NCBI GenBank assembly: GCA_025061115.1 | Contig: JANZKC010000004.1 | Location: forward strand, 32,001-96,000 | DNA: 64,000 nucleotides | Direction: 5' to 3' | DNA from: Candidatus Culexmicrobium cathedralense | Lineage (GTDB): Archaea > Thermoproteota > Methanomethylicia > Culexarchaeales > Culexmicrobiaceae | Shown: positions 53,902-63,625 of the stretch, one piece after another | How positions within the stretch are numbered: position 1 is the stretch's first letter | How the letters are laid out: each line of letters begins with the position of its first letter | Notes under the pieces: generated by a model | Told to the model about the DNA's origin: nothing | Seen by the model: the letters and a program-made list of their open reading frames with translations, nothing else | Database searches by the model: none | Position numbers and translations under genes: made by a program

Positions 53902-54712
53902 GATCTTTAATGCTTGTTTGCCTAGCAAGCTGTTTTCCAAGTTTGTTTCTCATGACTATAGAACGGCCATAAACTACCTTTCTATGAAGTATGGATTTTT
54001 CAACCTCTCTCCTGAAGATTTCCTTTCTTCAGCTGTTTCATTAGCGCTTATTTCTGGAGTGCTTTCATGTGCAATCCTAACCTACGTTCTTCAAGTAAAC
54101 CTTCTTTCTAGCTTGGCATTTTCAATTTTGTTGTTTATCGCCACTTACTTTTTCACGGCGTCATATCCCTTAAGAATATATCAGTATGAGCGCTCCATAT
54201 ACTCTCGCTATGCATACTTTGTGTTGAAAGAGCTGAATCTAGTTCTATTATCGACTAACTCTATTTTTGAAGCGATTAACTTCATAAAGTCTGGAGGCTA
54301 CCCTCTAATATCGCGGGACTTCGATGAAATTATAATGAATTGCGTTAATGGCTTCACTCCAGAAGAACTACTCCAAGAATATGCCCTTAATCAACCTTCA
54401 ACAACACTGAGGCAAGGTTTAATGGCGATTGAAAGTACGTCTGAAATTTCCGCATCTACTTTGAAGATCTTCTCTAGGTTTTCTTCCTCCGAGATAAGGA
54501 GGATTTACAAGGAGCAAAGTGTAAAAATGGAGATGTATTGTTTGCTCATCATAGTTTTGGGGCTGCTGTTCCCATTTACATATACATTCCTACTTTCGTA
54601 TCTTGGCTTCTCATCCTCTCCACTAGCGTTTCTTATGGCCCCCATTCAGCTGTTTTTCCTGATAATTACTTCCAAAGCTCTACTTGGTCGCGTTGCTGAG
54701 CCATTGGGGTGA
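53870..54712 (+). CDS. TadB/TadC-like membrane platform protein
   Basis: TM segments around a GYPLISRDF...QPS cytoplasmic domain; follows ATPase. Confidence 0.7.
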   Translation: MMVSAFLSVYKIFNACLPSKLFSKFVSHDYRTAINYLSMKYGFFNLSPEDFLSSAVSLALISGVLSCAILTYVLQVNLLSSLAFSILLFIATYFFTASYPLRIYQYERSIYSRYAYFVLKELNLVLLSTNSIFEAINFIKSGGYPLISRDFDEIIMNCVNGFTPEELLQEYALNQPSTTLRQGLMAIESTSEISASTLKIFSRFSSSEIRRIYKEQSVKMEMYCLLIIVLGLLFPFTYTFLLSYLGFSSSPLAFLMAPIQLFFLIITSKALLGRVAEPLG

Positions 54713-54718
54713 AAGCTT

Positions 54719-55570
54719 ATGCGTAGATCATTTTCCTTTAAGCTTTTCCCTATCGCCTTAATTCTTTCCCTTTCAATTAGCTTTTTCATAGTTAAGTTTT
54801 TCACACTGCCTCGGCTTCTCCTTCCCTTCATAACTGCTTTAATCGCTTTGCCATTGATTTTTCTCAGTTCCTCGCTGCTTCCCAGCTGGAAGGTGGAGGA
54901 TAATGAGTTTAAGCGTCAGGAAATTGTGGAGCTAGAGAATTTCTTAACGCTTTTTAGCTCCTACCTTAAGCTTGGTTTGAGCCCGGAGGCGTCATTGTTA
55001 AAGGCTTGCAATCAGTACTCTGGAGCGTTAAAGTCCTTATTTACTTCAGTTATTCAGTCAGCAATTACTACGGGTGGATCTGCATCCGATACATTAATCT
55101 ATTTAAGTAGAAAGCTAAGATGCCCTGAAAGTAGGCGCATATTAATTCTCTTTTCTAGAGCCTTGAAAATGGACTCCAAACGTTTTGGTAATTCAGCTAT
55201 GGCTATTATTTCTTGCCTTAAGGAGAATAGAGCTCTTAAAGAGTATGTCGACCTGCTTTTCTCCAAAATGAGGCTGAGAGCTTCGCTCTTAGCAGTGGTG
55301 TCATCAGCTGTATTAGCTGTTATGACAAGATTGGCTCCGCTTTTTTCAATTTTGAGAATTGCAGCATCTAGTACGGAGCTACCCTCAGCTTTTCCTCAAT
55401 CACCTGCAAGCTCTACTTTATTTATGGCATTATCAATGTTGGCTTTCATGAACTCCTACTTTGTTTCACTAATTGTTCATCATAGGCATCCACTTCTGCT
55501 ATCTGCTGCTTCAATCGTAGTGTATGCTTTAGTGTATCTCCTCTTTCCTCAGCTCCTACTTAGCTTTTAA
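54719..55570 (+). CDS. TadC/T2SS-F-like membrane protein
   Basis: LKLGLSPEASL motif, multiple TMs. Confidence 0.72.
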   Translation: MRRSFSFKLFPIALILSLSISFFIVKFFTLPRLLLPFITALIALPLIFLSSSLLPSWKVEDNEFKRQEIVELENFLTLFSSYLKLGLSPEASLLKACNQYSGALKSLFTSVIQSAITTGGSASDTLIYLSRKLRCPESRRILILFSRALKMDSKRFGNSAMAIISCLKENRALKEYVDLLFSKMRLRASLLAVVSSAVLAVMTRLAPLFSILRIAASSTELPSAFPQSPASSTLFMALSMLAFMNSYFVSLIVHHRHPLLLSAASIVVYALVYLLFPQLLLSF

Positions 55571-55603
55571 ATATGTTCTTTCTCAGTAGTCTGGCGGGAG
55601 CAA

Positions 55604-55849
55604 TTGAAGAAACTGTATTATGCATTTAGTAATTTGCTCAAGAATCGGAAGGGATCTCCCTTACTTGAGGAAGGGATGCTTATTGCTCTCGCCATAATGA
55701 CGCTTGCAGTAATTTTTTCGATAGCTCTCGGCATATTGGGTGAAGTTCAGGAGATTGTTGAGAATATGGGCTTCACAACAGACAACTTCGTGAATTCGTT
55801 GGATGCACTATGGAATAAGATATTAGCGTTTCTCGGTCTCCAAAGCTGA
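55604..55849 (+). CDS. Flp-like pilin with class III signal peptide
   Basis: RKG|SPLLEEG (Glu at +5) followed by hydrophobic helix. Confidence 0.8.
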   Translation: MKKLYYAFSNLLKNRKGSPLLEEGMLIALAIMTLAVIFSIALGILGEVQEIVENMGFTTDNFVNSLDALWNKILAFLGLQS

Positions 55850-56434
55850 GTAAGTGCGCAGGAAGTCGTCGAGAATGCCTTCATCGCTCAACTTCTTAAT
55901 CCAATTAATTCTTCCAGGCTTATACTGATCGCCATCACTTATCGCTTTCAGTATTTCATTAACGATTTCATCCGAGTTTTTGCCAGTAGCATCTATTTCT
56001 CTAACCATATCCTCTCCATAGGCTTGTATTGCCCTTATCAAGCATTCATCCAGCACTTCAGCCAAAACGTTTTCTCGCACCTTCTTTATCGGCCATTTGC
56101 GCTTAATCAGCCTTTTTTCAAGCTCTCTAGGGTCGACTCTTAGAACTATTGCGCACTTGATGAGCTTCCTTGGCACTATGTCGGCAAAGTGCCCTTCTAC
56201 CACCACATCTCTATCGCTGCTTTCAATGATTTCTACAAGCTTTTTCAGCAGCCTTCTTTTATCTGCAATTTTCGCTCCACTTCGCCTTTCATCTATTCCA
56301 ACATAGAGCTTCTCATCCTCAATTAATCTAGAAATGTCAATGTGAGTTGCATTGAGAACGGAGGTCAGCTTTTTCGCAACCGTGGACTTCCCCGTTCCGG
56401 GTGATCCTTGTATAACTATAACCTTTTTCATCAT
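55823..56434 (-). CDS. atypical adenylate kinase AK6/Fap7 family
   Basis: GSPGTGKST, VVVEGH, KVRENVLAE. Confidence 0.9.
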   Translation of the reverse strand: MMKKVIVIQGSPGTGKSTVAKKLTSVLNATHIDISRLIEDEKLYVGIDERRSGAKIADKRRLLKKLVEIIESSDRDVVVEGHFADIVPRKLIKCAIVLRVDPRELEKRLIKRKWPIKKVRENVLAEVLDECLIRAIQAYGEDMVREIDATGKNSDEIVNEILKAISDGDQYKPGRINWIKKLSDEGILDDFLRTYSALETEKR

Positions 56435-56489
56435 TTAATCCCATCTACTTATTTATTTGAAGACATAATAATTTGTTGAGGTTAACTAA

Positions 56490-56774
56490 ATGAGCAGAAT
56501 TAGAGAAATTCTCAACCGCATATTCTGGCACCCTAATGAAGACCCCAAAAAATATGAAATCGTATTTGTGCATAGGGGGGCTCCGAACAATCTAAAGGTG
56601 ATACCTGCGTGGTGCATAGTTAAGGTTAATCCTGGAAGCTTCGAGTACTCGATTGGTGGGGAATATGCCAGAATTCCTTTCCACCGCATTGTAGTGATTA
56701 GGGATGTTAAGTCCGGTAAAATCGTGTGGAGGTCGCGGAGGCATGGTGCAGCAGCCTTTCTCGAAGGTGCCTGA
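56490..56774 (+). CDS. DUF504/UPF0248 protein
   Basis: ILNRIFWH, HRGAP, IPFHRI. Confidence 0.9.
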   Translation: MSRIREILNRIFWHPNEDPKKYEIVFVHRGAPNNLKVIPAWCIVKVNPGSFEYSIGGEYARIPFHRIVVIRDVKSGKIVWRSRRHGAAAFLEGA

Positions 56775-57783
56775 AATTCCCTCGGCTGAATCCCTAATTG
56801 ACGTAGCGGTCCGACGAAGTTTGAAAGCTTCTCCCTCCGTACCCTTACAGGCTCCCCGAATATTGAAGGTTAAGCGTATTGCGGAGGCGAGAATCAGGTC
56901 CTTGGGAGACATCTTATGTAGCAAGCTTAATTCAATTTACGCTGCGCTGCCGAGCTTGAGGGATTTACACTCCTTTTACAAGTCTCTTTTAGGTTTGGTG
57001 GTAGAATATGAGGACTACAGTAAGGCTAGAAATAGGTTGAAAGCTTCTCAGAGAATTATAAGGAAGCTGATTAAGGAGTACTCTAATAAAGTAAGGGGAG
57101 CAGCAACTCCTGAGGATGTCACCAGAATTCGAAGGGAAGCTTACGGTAGAATACTTTCAGTTATTAGGAGAATTAAAAAGCAATTGGACCTCCTGGAAGA
57201 AGTCAGAAAGGCTCTGCACAAGGTTCCTTCAGTAGATCCTCAAGGCGTGATAGTGGTTGTTGCAGGCTACCCAAATGTGGGTAAGTCTACTTTTGTCAGT
57301 AAGGTCTCCACGGCAAAGCCCAAGATCGCGGAGTATCCTTTTACGACAACTGAGATAATTGTAGGTCACTTAACTCTAAATAACTTTAGAGTTCAAGTTA
57401 TAGATACTCCTGGGCTGCTTGATCGCCCAATCTACAAGCGAAATAGAATTGAGAGAATGGCAATTGCCGCCATCGAGCACTTGGCGGACTCCATAGTCTT
57501 CATCATAGATCCCTCAGAAACGAGTGGTTACACCATTGAAGAGCAGCTTTCGCTTCTCAACGAAATTAAAAGTACCTTCAAAAATACGCCTATCATACTG
57601 GCATTAAATAAGGTGGATGTATCTTCTCCAAGTCAGATTAAAGCATGTGAAGATGCTTTAGGCGCACCCCTATTCAAGATGGTGGCGAAGGATGGCGTTG
57701 GCATACGGGAAGTTCTAAATGAGGCGATAAAATTGGCTAAAGCTTCTGATCGGTTAACCGTGATAGGGGTTAATCAGTCCTAG
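56743..57783 (+). CDS. NOG1-family GTP-binding protein
   Basis: GYPNVGKS, YPFTT, DTPGLLDR, NKVD. Confidence 0.92.
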   Translation: MVQQPFSKVPEIPSAESLIDVAVRRSLKASPSVPLQAPRILKVKRIAEARIRSLGDILCSKLNSIYAALPSLRDLHSFYKSLLGLVVEYEDYSKARNRLKASQRIIRKLIKEYSNKVRGAATPEDVTRIRREAYGRILSVIRRIKKQLDLLEEVRKALHKVPSVDPQGVIVVVAGYPNVGKSTFVSKVSTAKPKIAEYPFTTTEIIVGHLTLNNFRVQVIDTPGLLDRPIYKRNRIERMAIAAIEHLADSIVFIIDPSETSGYTIEEQLSLLNEIKSTFKNTPIILALNKVDVSSPSQIKACEDALGAPLFKMVAKDGVGIREVLNEAIKLAKASDRLTVIGVNQS

Positions 57784-58848
57784 TCCATGTACTTTAATTT
57801 TCGCTCTGCCATTCCGGTGCTTTTCGACCTGGAATTTCACGCCTAAAATTTTCTCGATGATGGCAATATTAGTCTCAGCGTGCAATGTTAATTCTGTAAC
57901 CAGTATCTCTGAAAGTCCACTTGCTATTGCCATGTATGGGGGGAGCATATCTCCGAGATGTCTGTCGATGGGAGCTCTCTTTGAAATTTCACTTACAAGT
58001 TTCCTAGCTGCCTCCACGCCTACATTTTCAGCTCTTTTCCCCCGCTCGCCGAGAGCATCTGATCCCAGAATTGCTCCTCTATTGCTGCTAGCCCAAAGCA
58101 CTATCCCGCTGCCAGGCCCTAAGTGCCTATCTTCTTCAGGCTTGTACCACTCTACGCCTATGTTTACATTGGTAAATCCTGCTTTCTCGAGGAATGAACG
58201 GGCTGCATTAGCTTGCCTTTCAGCGACGTGCCTAGGCAGCCTGACGCAGTGGGATATTCCCTCTATTTTAACGATTTCTCCCAGCTCAACTGCTCTAATG
58301 GGATTTATTTTCCTAACCGGTTTCGCAATGACGCGTACTTTTCCTCCACCCTTAGGGTAGTGACCTCTTCTTAAAACATGAACTTCTACGTGATAGCCCA
58401 TTCTTGTTAAATGCGGTAGGAATACGTGCTTGATATAGTCTATTGGGGGGCTCCACTTAACGTCGGTTCCTCCAGTAATTTCAATCTCCGTTTTCTCCGG
58501 CGAAAATGCGAGTGCAGGCAGGATTGCTTGTAATACGAGTGAAATGCTTCCTGCCGTACCTATATTTACTTTGATTTTGCCTGAAGCTCTAGTTTTCGGA
58601 TGAAATGTTAGAGTTGTTGATCCTGGCTTTAATCCTTCAACCTTCGCTCTCGTCAGTGTGGCTAGTGCCCTTACTCCCTCCATGTGCTGCGGCCTTAGAC
58701 CTGGATTTGGCCGCTTAGCTCTAATGTTGTAAATTTTAACCGGCTTCATGCTTAGTGCCGAGAGGGCAATGGCAGTGCGAAGCACTTGCCCTCCGCCCTC
58801 TCCAATTGAACCGTCAATTTCAATTATTTCCAAATTAACTCCCTCCAC
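57754..58848 (-). CDS. rtcA: RNA 3'-terminal phosphate cyclase
   Basis: GEGGGQVLR, PGLRPQH, LHAETN. Confidence 0.95.
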   Translation of the reverse strand: MEGVNLEIIEIDGSIGEGGGQVLRTAIALSALSMKPVKIYNIRAKRPNPGLRPQHMEGVRALATLTRAKVEGLKPGSTTLTFHPKTRASGKIKVNIGTAGSISLVLQAILPALAFSPEKTEIEITGGTDVKWSPPIDYIKHVFLPHLTRMGYHVEVHVLRRGHYPKGGGKVRVIAKPVRKINPIRAVELGEIVKIEGISHCVRLPRHVAERQANAARSFLEKAGFTNVNIGVEWYKPEEDRHLGPGSGIVLWASSNRGAILGSDALGERGKRAENVGVEAARKLVSEISKRAPIDRHLGDMLPPYMAIASGLSEILVTELTLHAETNIAIIEKILGVKFQVEKHRNGRAKIKVHGLGLINPYHG

Positions 58849-58953
58849 TCCGAATGCTACTTACAAGGTGGAGCGCGCTGCATATATTTATCTTCCATCA
58901 ATTTCTTAAAGTTAAAATACTTGGCTACAATCAACATTTGTGGGGTTAGTCAA

Positions 58954-59505
58954 TTGAGCAGGTGGCATAGAGGCGCTTACGTCGGGAAGTTTCAGCCCTT
59001 CCATAAAGGACACTTGAAGTGCGTAAAGTATGTGCTTGACAGGGTTGAGGAGTTGATAATTGTTCTTGGAAGTTCCCAGTACAGCCATAGTTTAGAGAAT
59101 CCATTTACAGCTGGTGAGCGAATTGAAATGATACGCCTAGCTCTTAGGGAGGCTGGAATTCCCTGCGACCGCTACATGATTGTTCCCGTACCTGACACGA
59201 ATTGCGTACATGCTTTATGGGTTGCGCGCGTGGTCAGCTACACCCCCAAGTTTGAGGTCGTTTTTTCCAATGAACCATTAACTCGGCGCCTATTCTATGA
59301 ATCTGGCTTTGAGGTTCAGAACATCCCATTCTTTGACAGAGAGGTTCTTTCAGCAACGGAAGTTAGGCGTAGAATGATTAGCGGCGAAAATTGGGAAGAG
59401 CTTGTGCCTCCAATTGTGGCTAAGTATATCAAGTCCATTAAGGGCGTGGAGCGGCTAAAATCTCTAGCAATAAAAGATAAGCCTCCATTTAAAGTTCAAC
59501 TATGA
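58954..59505 (+). CDS. nadM: nicotinamide-nucleotide adenylyltransferase
   Basis: FQPFHKGH, NPFTAGER, SATEVR. Confidence 0.93.
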   Translation: MSRWHRGAYVGKFQPFHKGHLKCVKYVLDRVEELIIVLGSSQYSHSLENPFTAGERIEMIRLALREAGIPCDRYMIVPVPDTNCVHALWVARVVSYTPKFEVVFSNEPLTRRLFYESGFEVQNIPFFDREVLSATEVRRRMISGENWEELVPPIVAKYIKSIKGVERLKSLAIKDKPPFKVQL

Positions 59506-60286
59506 TCTCATCGCCAACTTTCACGCTGTACATTTTTGCTGCACTTCCCATGTTTACTGCTATTTCGAGTAGATTGAAGCTGTCTACTACGGCTAAAGTG
59601 CTGCCGGCTGAAGCATCTCCATACGCTCTGCTCAGTCTAACTTCCATCTTAACTTGCCCCTTCACATAGACGCTAATCTTATCGCCAAACTTCACGCCCT
59701 TCTTCCATAAGATCTCTTCAGGTATGTTTGTGACTATGTTGCCAAAGCCATCTATGTAAACAACTTCACCCACAACTCTTCCATCGGCAATCCTGGGCTC
59801 AGGAAATGGGCTTCTAATATAATCTGAAATTTCTACACCCACTTCTTCAGGGTCAACCCCTATGGCTATATGTGCTGCTACGGGTGCGAATATGTCTCTG
59901 CCGTGAAATGTTGACGATACCTCCTTAAGCATGTACTTGGGGTTGCTAATTTCAAGCACCTTTACAATTTCCTCGTTATGCGCAGCCAGCATTAAAAGCC
60001 CGTTATCAGGCCCGACAAATATGCTTCGCTTTGTGACTACAATTATTGGGCGCCTTGATGTGCCAACTCCAGGATCTACAACCCCAACGTGCACTGTCCC
60101 CTCCGGAAAGTAGGGGGTAACTGCCGCTAAAATGAATGCCCCCTCTCTCACATTGAACTTATCCACCTCATGCGTGATGTCAATGATTTTAGCGTTTGGA
60201 GCGATGCTTAAAATCACGCCTTTCATTGCCGCAACGTACGGATCCTTAACCCCAAAGTCGGTTAGCAATGTTATGATTCTGCTCAT
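59489..60286 (-). CDS. SAM hydroxide adenosyltransferase (DUF62)
   Basis: LTDFG, VVDPGVG, PDNG, TFHGRDIF, DGFGN. Confidence 0.93.
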   Translation of the reverse strand: MSRIITLLTDFGVKDPYVAAMKGVILSIAPNAKIIDITHEVDKFNVREGAFILAAVTPYFPEGTVHVGVVDPGVGTSRRPIIVVTKRSIFVGPDNGLLMLAAHNEEIVKVLEISNPKYMLKEVSSTFHGRDIFAPVAAHIAIGVDPEEVGVEISDYIRSPFPEPRIADGRVVGEVVYIDGFGNIVTNIPEEILWKKGVKFGDKISVYVKGQVKMEVRLSRAYGDASAGSTLAVVDSFNLLEIAVNMGSAAKMYSVKVGDEIIVEL

Positions 60287-60348
60287 TTCCTTCTCACAAT
60301 AAGCTTTTAGTATTATTAAGTAGATAAGCTTGGTGACGAGGTGATGCT

Positions 60349-61485
60349 ATGTTAATCATGCTTCCTGGCCCCACAAATGTGCCGTCTAGAGTGCTTCAAG
60401 CAATGGTTAAACCGATAATCAGCCATAGGGGACCCGAATTTCACGAGCTTTATGAGAGAATTTCGGAAAACTTGAAGTACGTATTTCAAACAGGCAATGA
60501 CGTCTTTGTACTGACTTCTTCGGGGACTGGCGGCGTAGAGTGCGCTGTAAGCAATTTAATTGCCCCCAACGACAAAGTGGTAGTTCCCGTGAACGGCGTT
60601 TTTTCGAAGCGTTTAAGCGACGCCATTAGAGTCTATGGAGGTAAGCCGATAGAGGTAAGCTTAAAGTGGGGATCAGCTCCTTCCTACGATGATGTGAAGA
60701 GAGTTTTGGAAGAGGAGGAAGACGTCAAAGCTATAGCTGTTGTTTACAATGAAACTTCAACTGGAGCTAAGTGCATCGACTTGGGAAGAATCGGCGAGCT
60801 GGCAAGAAGCTACGGCTTACTCCTCATAGTTGATGCAATTTCAATTCTAGGTGGAGATGAGCTGCCCGTAGATAAGTGGAATATTGACGTATGTGTAACT
60901 GGTAGTCAAAAGTGCTTAGCTTGTCCCCCAGGCCTAGCCCTCATCTCCGTAAGTGAGCGTGCCCTAAAAGCGGCAGAGAAGAATTCTGCAAGAAAAGCTT
61001 ACTACTTCGACTTCGTAAAGTTGAAGAATTTTCATGAAAAAAGTGAAACCCCATTTACTCCAGCCCTACCGCTGCTATATGCCTTGGATGAAGCCCTAAA
61101 AGTGATAGTAGAGGAAGGGTTGAAAGCTCGAATTGAAAGGCATAGGCGATGTGCGAGTGCTTTCTACTCTGCACTTGAAGCTCTAGGTTTAGAAATTTTC
61201 CCTGAAAGGGATGTTCGATCTAACACCGTAATAGTTGCTAAAGTTGCAGGCAGAGTTGATGATGCTGAGTTGAGGCGCTACCTGAAAGAAGTTCATGGGA
61301 TAGTCATAGCTGGAGGAATGGGCGCTCTTAAAGGGAAGGTCGTAAGGATTGGCTGCATGGGGATGATCTCGCAGGACATGGTGCTGCAAACGGTGTCAGC
61401 ATTAGAGGATGCTTTGATGTCTCTTGGGTGCAATATAAAGCGAGGTCAAGCTGTCAATGCAGCTAAGGAAGCATTGGCTAAGTAG
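60349..61485 (+). CDS. class V PLP aminotransferase (Ser/Ala-glyoxylate type)
   Basis: PGP, NETSTG, VDAIS, GSQKCL. Confidence 0.92.
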   Translation: MLIMLPGPTNVPSRVLQAMVKPIISHRGPEFHELYERISENLKYVFQTGNDVFVLTSSGTGGVECAVSNLIAPNDKVVVPVNGVFSKRLSDAIRVYGGKPIEVSLKWGSAPSYDDVKRVLEEEEDVKAIAVVYNETSTGAKCIDLGRIGELARSYGLLLIVDAISILGGDELPVDKWNIDVCVTGSQKCLACPPGLALISVSERALKAAEKNSARKAYYFDFVKLKNFHEKSETPFTPALPLLYALDEALKVIVEEGLKARIERHRRCASAFYSALEALGLEIFPERDVRSNTVIVAKVAGRVDDAELRRYLKEVHGIVIAGGMGALKGKVVRIGCMGMISQDMVLQTVSALEDALMSLGCNIKRGQAVNAAKEALAK

Positions 61486-61546
61486 CGTGTCAGAGCTTTT
61501 AACTTTCCTCATCATTTTAAGCGCTCAGCCAGCTCATCATCCACGC
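61485..61546 (-). ncRNA. box C/D guide sRNA (predicted tRNA-Lys target)
   Basis: GCGTG/CACGC terminal stem, C ATGATGA, D' CTTA, C' ATGATGA, D CTGA; intergenic. Confidence 0.85.
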
Positions 61547-61590
61547 GAAAGAGTTATGATTTGCTGAGTTATATAGTTTTGCGATAGCAT

Positions 61591-62166
61591 ATGAAGGCGC
61601 TCGTCATAGGGGACTTCCACATACCTACTAGGGCTAAGTCCATACCTAAGCAGTTCTTACCACTAATTAATGAAGGCAACTTCGACTTAATTCTATCAAC
61701 AGGGGACTTCGTTGAGAGAAAGGTGCTCTCGTACTTAGAGAACATAGCAACTACAGTGTGGGTAGTGGGTAACATGGATTTTTTCGCGTATGAGCCGAGG
61801 GAGAGGGTAGTGGCATTGGAGGGCTTCCGCGTGGGATTGACGCATGGAGCTCAAATATACCCTAGGGGGGATCCCCGCAAACTTCACAGTTTAGCTTTAA
61901 CTTTGGGTGTGGACGTTCTGATTTCAGGTCACACGCATATTGCCTCTACGAAGCTGGTAAATGGCATTTTACTGCTAAATCCAGGAAGCGCTACTGGGTG
62001 TTGGAGTGGAACTGGGGGCTCCCTAGTTCCCAGCTTCATGATCCTAAGCGTTGAAGGAAGCAAAATTTCAGTTTCAGTTTATGAGCTCGTGAAGTCTGAA
62101 GTCCGCGTAACCGCCAAGACATTCATGAAGTCGAGCGGCGGTAAAATCGTACTAAGAGCTACTTAG
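61591..62166 (+). CDS. YfcE/Vps29-like metallophosphoesterase
   Basis: GDFHIP, GD, GNMD, HG, SGHTH, NPGS. Confidence 0.92.
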   Translation: MKALVIGDFHIPTRAKSIPKQFLPLINEGNFDLILSTGDFVERKVLSYLENIATTVWVVGNMDFFAYEPRERVVALEGFRVGLTHGAQIYPRGDPRKLHSLALTLGVDVLISGHTHIASTKLVNGILLLNPGSATGCWSGTGGSLVPSFMILSVEGSKISVSVYELVKSEVRVTAKTFMKSSGGKIVLRAT

Positions 62167-62373
62167 AATTTCCTCCCAAAGCTTAAGCATTGACACTGCA
62201 GTTTCTTCATCGAGCTTTTGAATAGCAAAGCCAGCATGAACTATGACGTAATCTCCAGGTAAAACTTCATCCTCAATTAGCGTGAGCAGTATTTCTCTCT
62301 GTACTCCGCCAAAGTCTACAGTTGCTCTATCTCCATTAACCGATACAACTTTTGCGGGGACTGCGAGGCACAT
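62152..62373 (-). CDS. hypC: hydrogenase maturation chaperone HypC
   Basis: MCLAVP, GDYVIVHAGFAI. Confidence 0.95.
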   Translation of the reverse strand: MCLAVPAKVVSVNGDRATVDFGGVQREILLTLIEDEVLPGDYVIVHAGFAIQKLDEETAVSMLKLWEEILSSS

Positions 62374-62454
62374 GTTCACTCGCTATTCTGTTCACCAAAA
62401 AAGTAATTTAACTGTTATGTTAAATGTTGTCGCGCGCCTAAGTGGTGAGGGAGC

Positions 62455-63204
62455 ATGCCTCTGAACAAAGGGGACTTCATACTAATCGACTTCGTAGCCA
62501 AAGTGAAGGACACCGGCGAAATATTCGATTTAACTATTGAGGAGGTTGCGAAGAAGGAGAACATCTACCGTGAAGATGAAATTTATGAGCCGATGCTAGT
62601 GGTAATAGGGGAAGGCTGGATTCTCCCTGGGCTTGAAGAAGAACTGATGAAGATGAAGCCGGGCGAGCAAAAGGTAATTGAGCTCCCCCCGGAAAAGGCC
62701 TTTGGAGCAAGAGATCCATCCAAAGTTAAGATTGTTCCAGCTAGGGAGCTAACTAAAAGAGGCATAACCCCGCGCCCGGGAACACGAGTCGAAATCAACG
62801 GCAACTTTGCAGTAATTAGGAGTGTTGGCGGAGGGCGAGTTGTACTCGACTTCAACCACCCCCTAGCCGGTAAGACGCTAGTGTATGATGTTAAGATAGT
62901 TAAGAAGCTGAAGAGTGCGAAGGAGAAGATTCTGGCCTTAATTCACAGGAGAATTCCGCGCGTACCTGAGGAGAAATTCGAAGTTAAGGTTAGAGGCGAA
63001 GATGTCACCATAGAGCTGCCGGAGGAGGCGTACTTCGTAGATGGACTTCAATTCGCCAAGCGGGGAATCGCAAGGGACATTGAAAAGTTTTTCTCAAACA
63101 TAAAGTCGGTGAAGTTCGTTGAGAAGTACGTTTTTAAGCGCGAAGCCGAAAAGGCGGCGGCTACTAAGAAAGAATCGGCCGAAGAACAGCCTTCAAAAGC
63201 TTGA
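62455..63204 (+). CDS. long-type FKBP peptidyl-prolyl isomerase (SlyD-like)
   Basis: PPEKAFG, DFNHPLAGK. Confidence 0.93.
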   Translation: MPLNKGDFILIDFVAKVKDTGEIFDLTIEEVAKKENIYREDEIYEPMLVVIGEGWILPGLEEELMKMKPGEQKVIELPPEKAFGARDPSKVKIVPARELTKRGITPRPGTRVEINGNFAVIRSVGGGRVVLDFNHPLAGKTLVYDVKIVKKLKSAKEKILALIHRRIPRVPEEKFEVKVRGEDVTIELPEEAYFVDGLQFAKRGIARDIEKFFSNIKSVKFVEKYVFKREAEKAAATKKESAEEQPSKA

Positions 63205-63625
63205 AATTCAATGGGCAGTTGATTTCATCTAGGAGCTTCTCGATTTTAACTTTATCTCCATCCCTTAGGCCCTGTGGCTGGCAAAGCAACTTAAACGCGC
63301 ATGTTTCTTGGCATAGTATGGGGTAATACGCTATGATTACTCCCTCAACAGCCAGCCGCTTCTCAATCGCTGCTTCAACAGCTGCCTCCACAACCTCTAC
63401 GACAACCACTCTTTCTTCATGTAGTGGGCATATGTGGCTTTTCCTTCTAACGCCTACAACTTCATATACTCTGCCAACCTTCAAGTTCTCTATACAAACT
63501 TTTCGCAGTGAGCAGTTGGTGCACTCCTCAGCTCCTCCCTCATGAATAAACTTGTAGCCAATTCTCGCGCATTTTTCGCTGAGCAATGTTATCTTCCTAC
63601 TCGATAACCCCTGTGATCCTTGCAA
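63164..63625 (-). CDS. UPF0179 family protein (start uncertain)
   Basis: ITL...F...CxxC...C..NL..GR.Y, CPLH. Confidence 0.85.
   Translation of the reverse strand: MQGSQGLSSRKITLLSEKCARIGYKFIHEGGAEECTNCSLRKVCIENLKVGRVYEVVGVRRKSHICPLHEERVVVVEVVEAAVEAAIEKRLAVEGVIIAYYPILCQETCAFKLLCQPQGLRDGDKVKIEKLLDEINCPLNFKLLKAVLRPILS

Noticed and set aside
62152-62373. Orphan hypC as a special system
   Set aside because: hyp genes are commonly scattered in archaea
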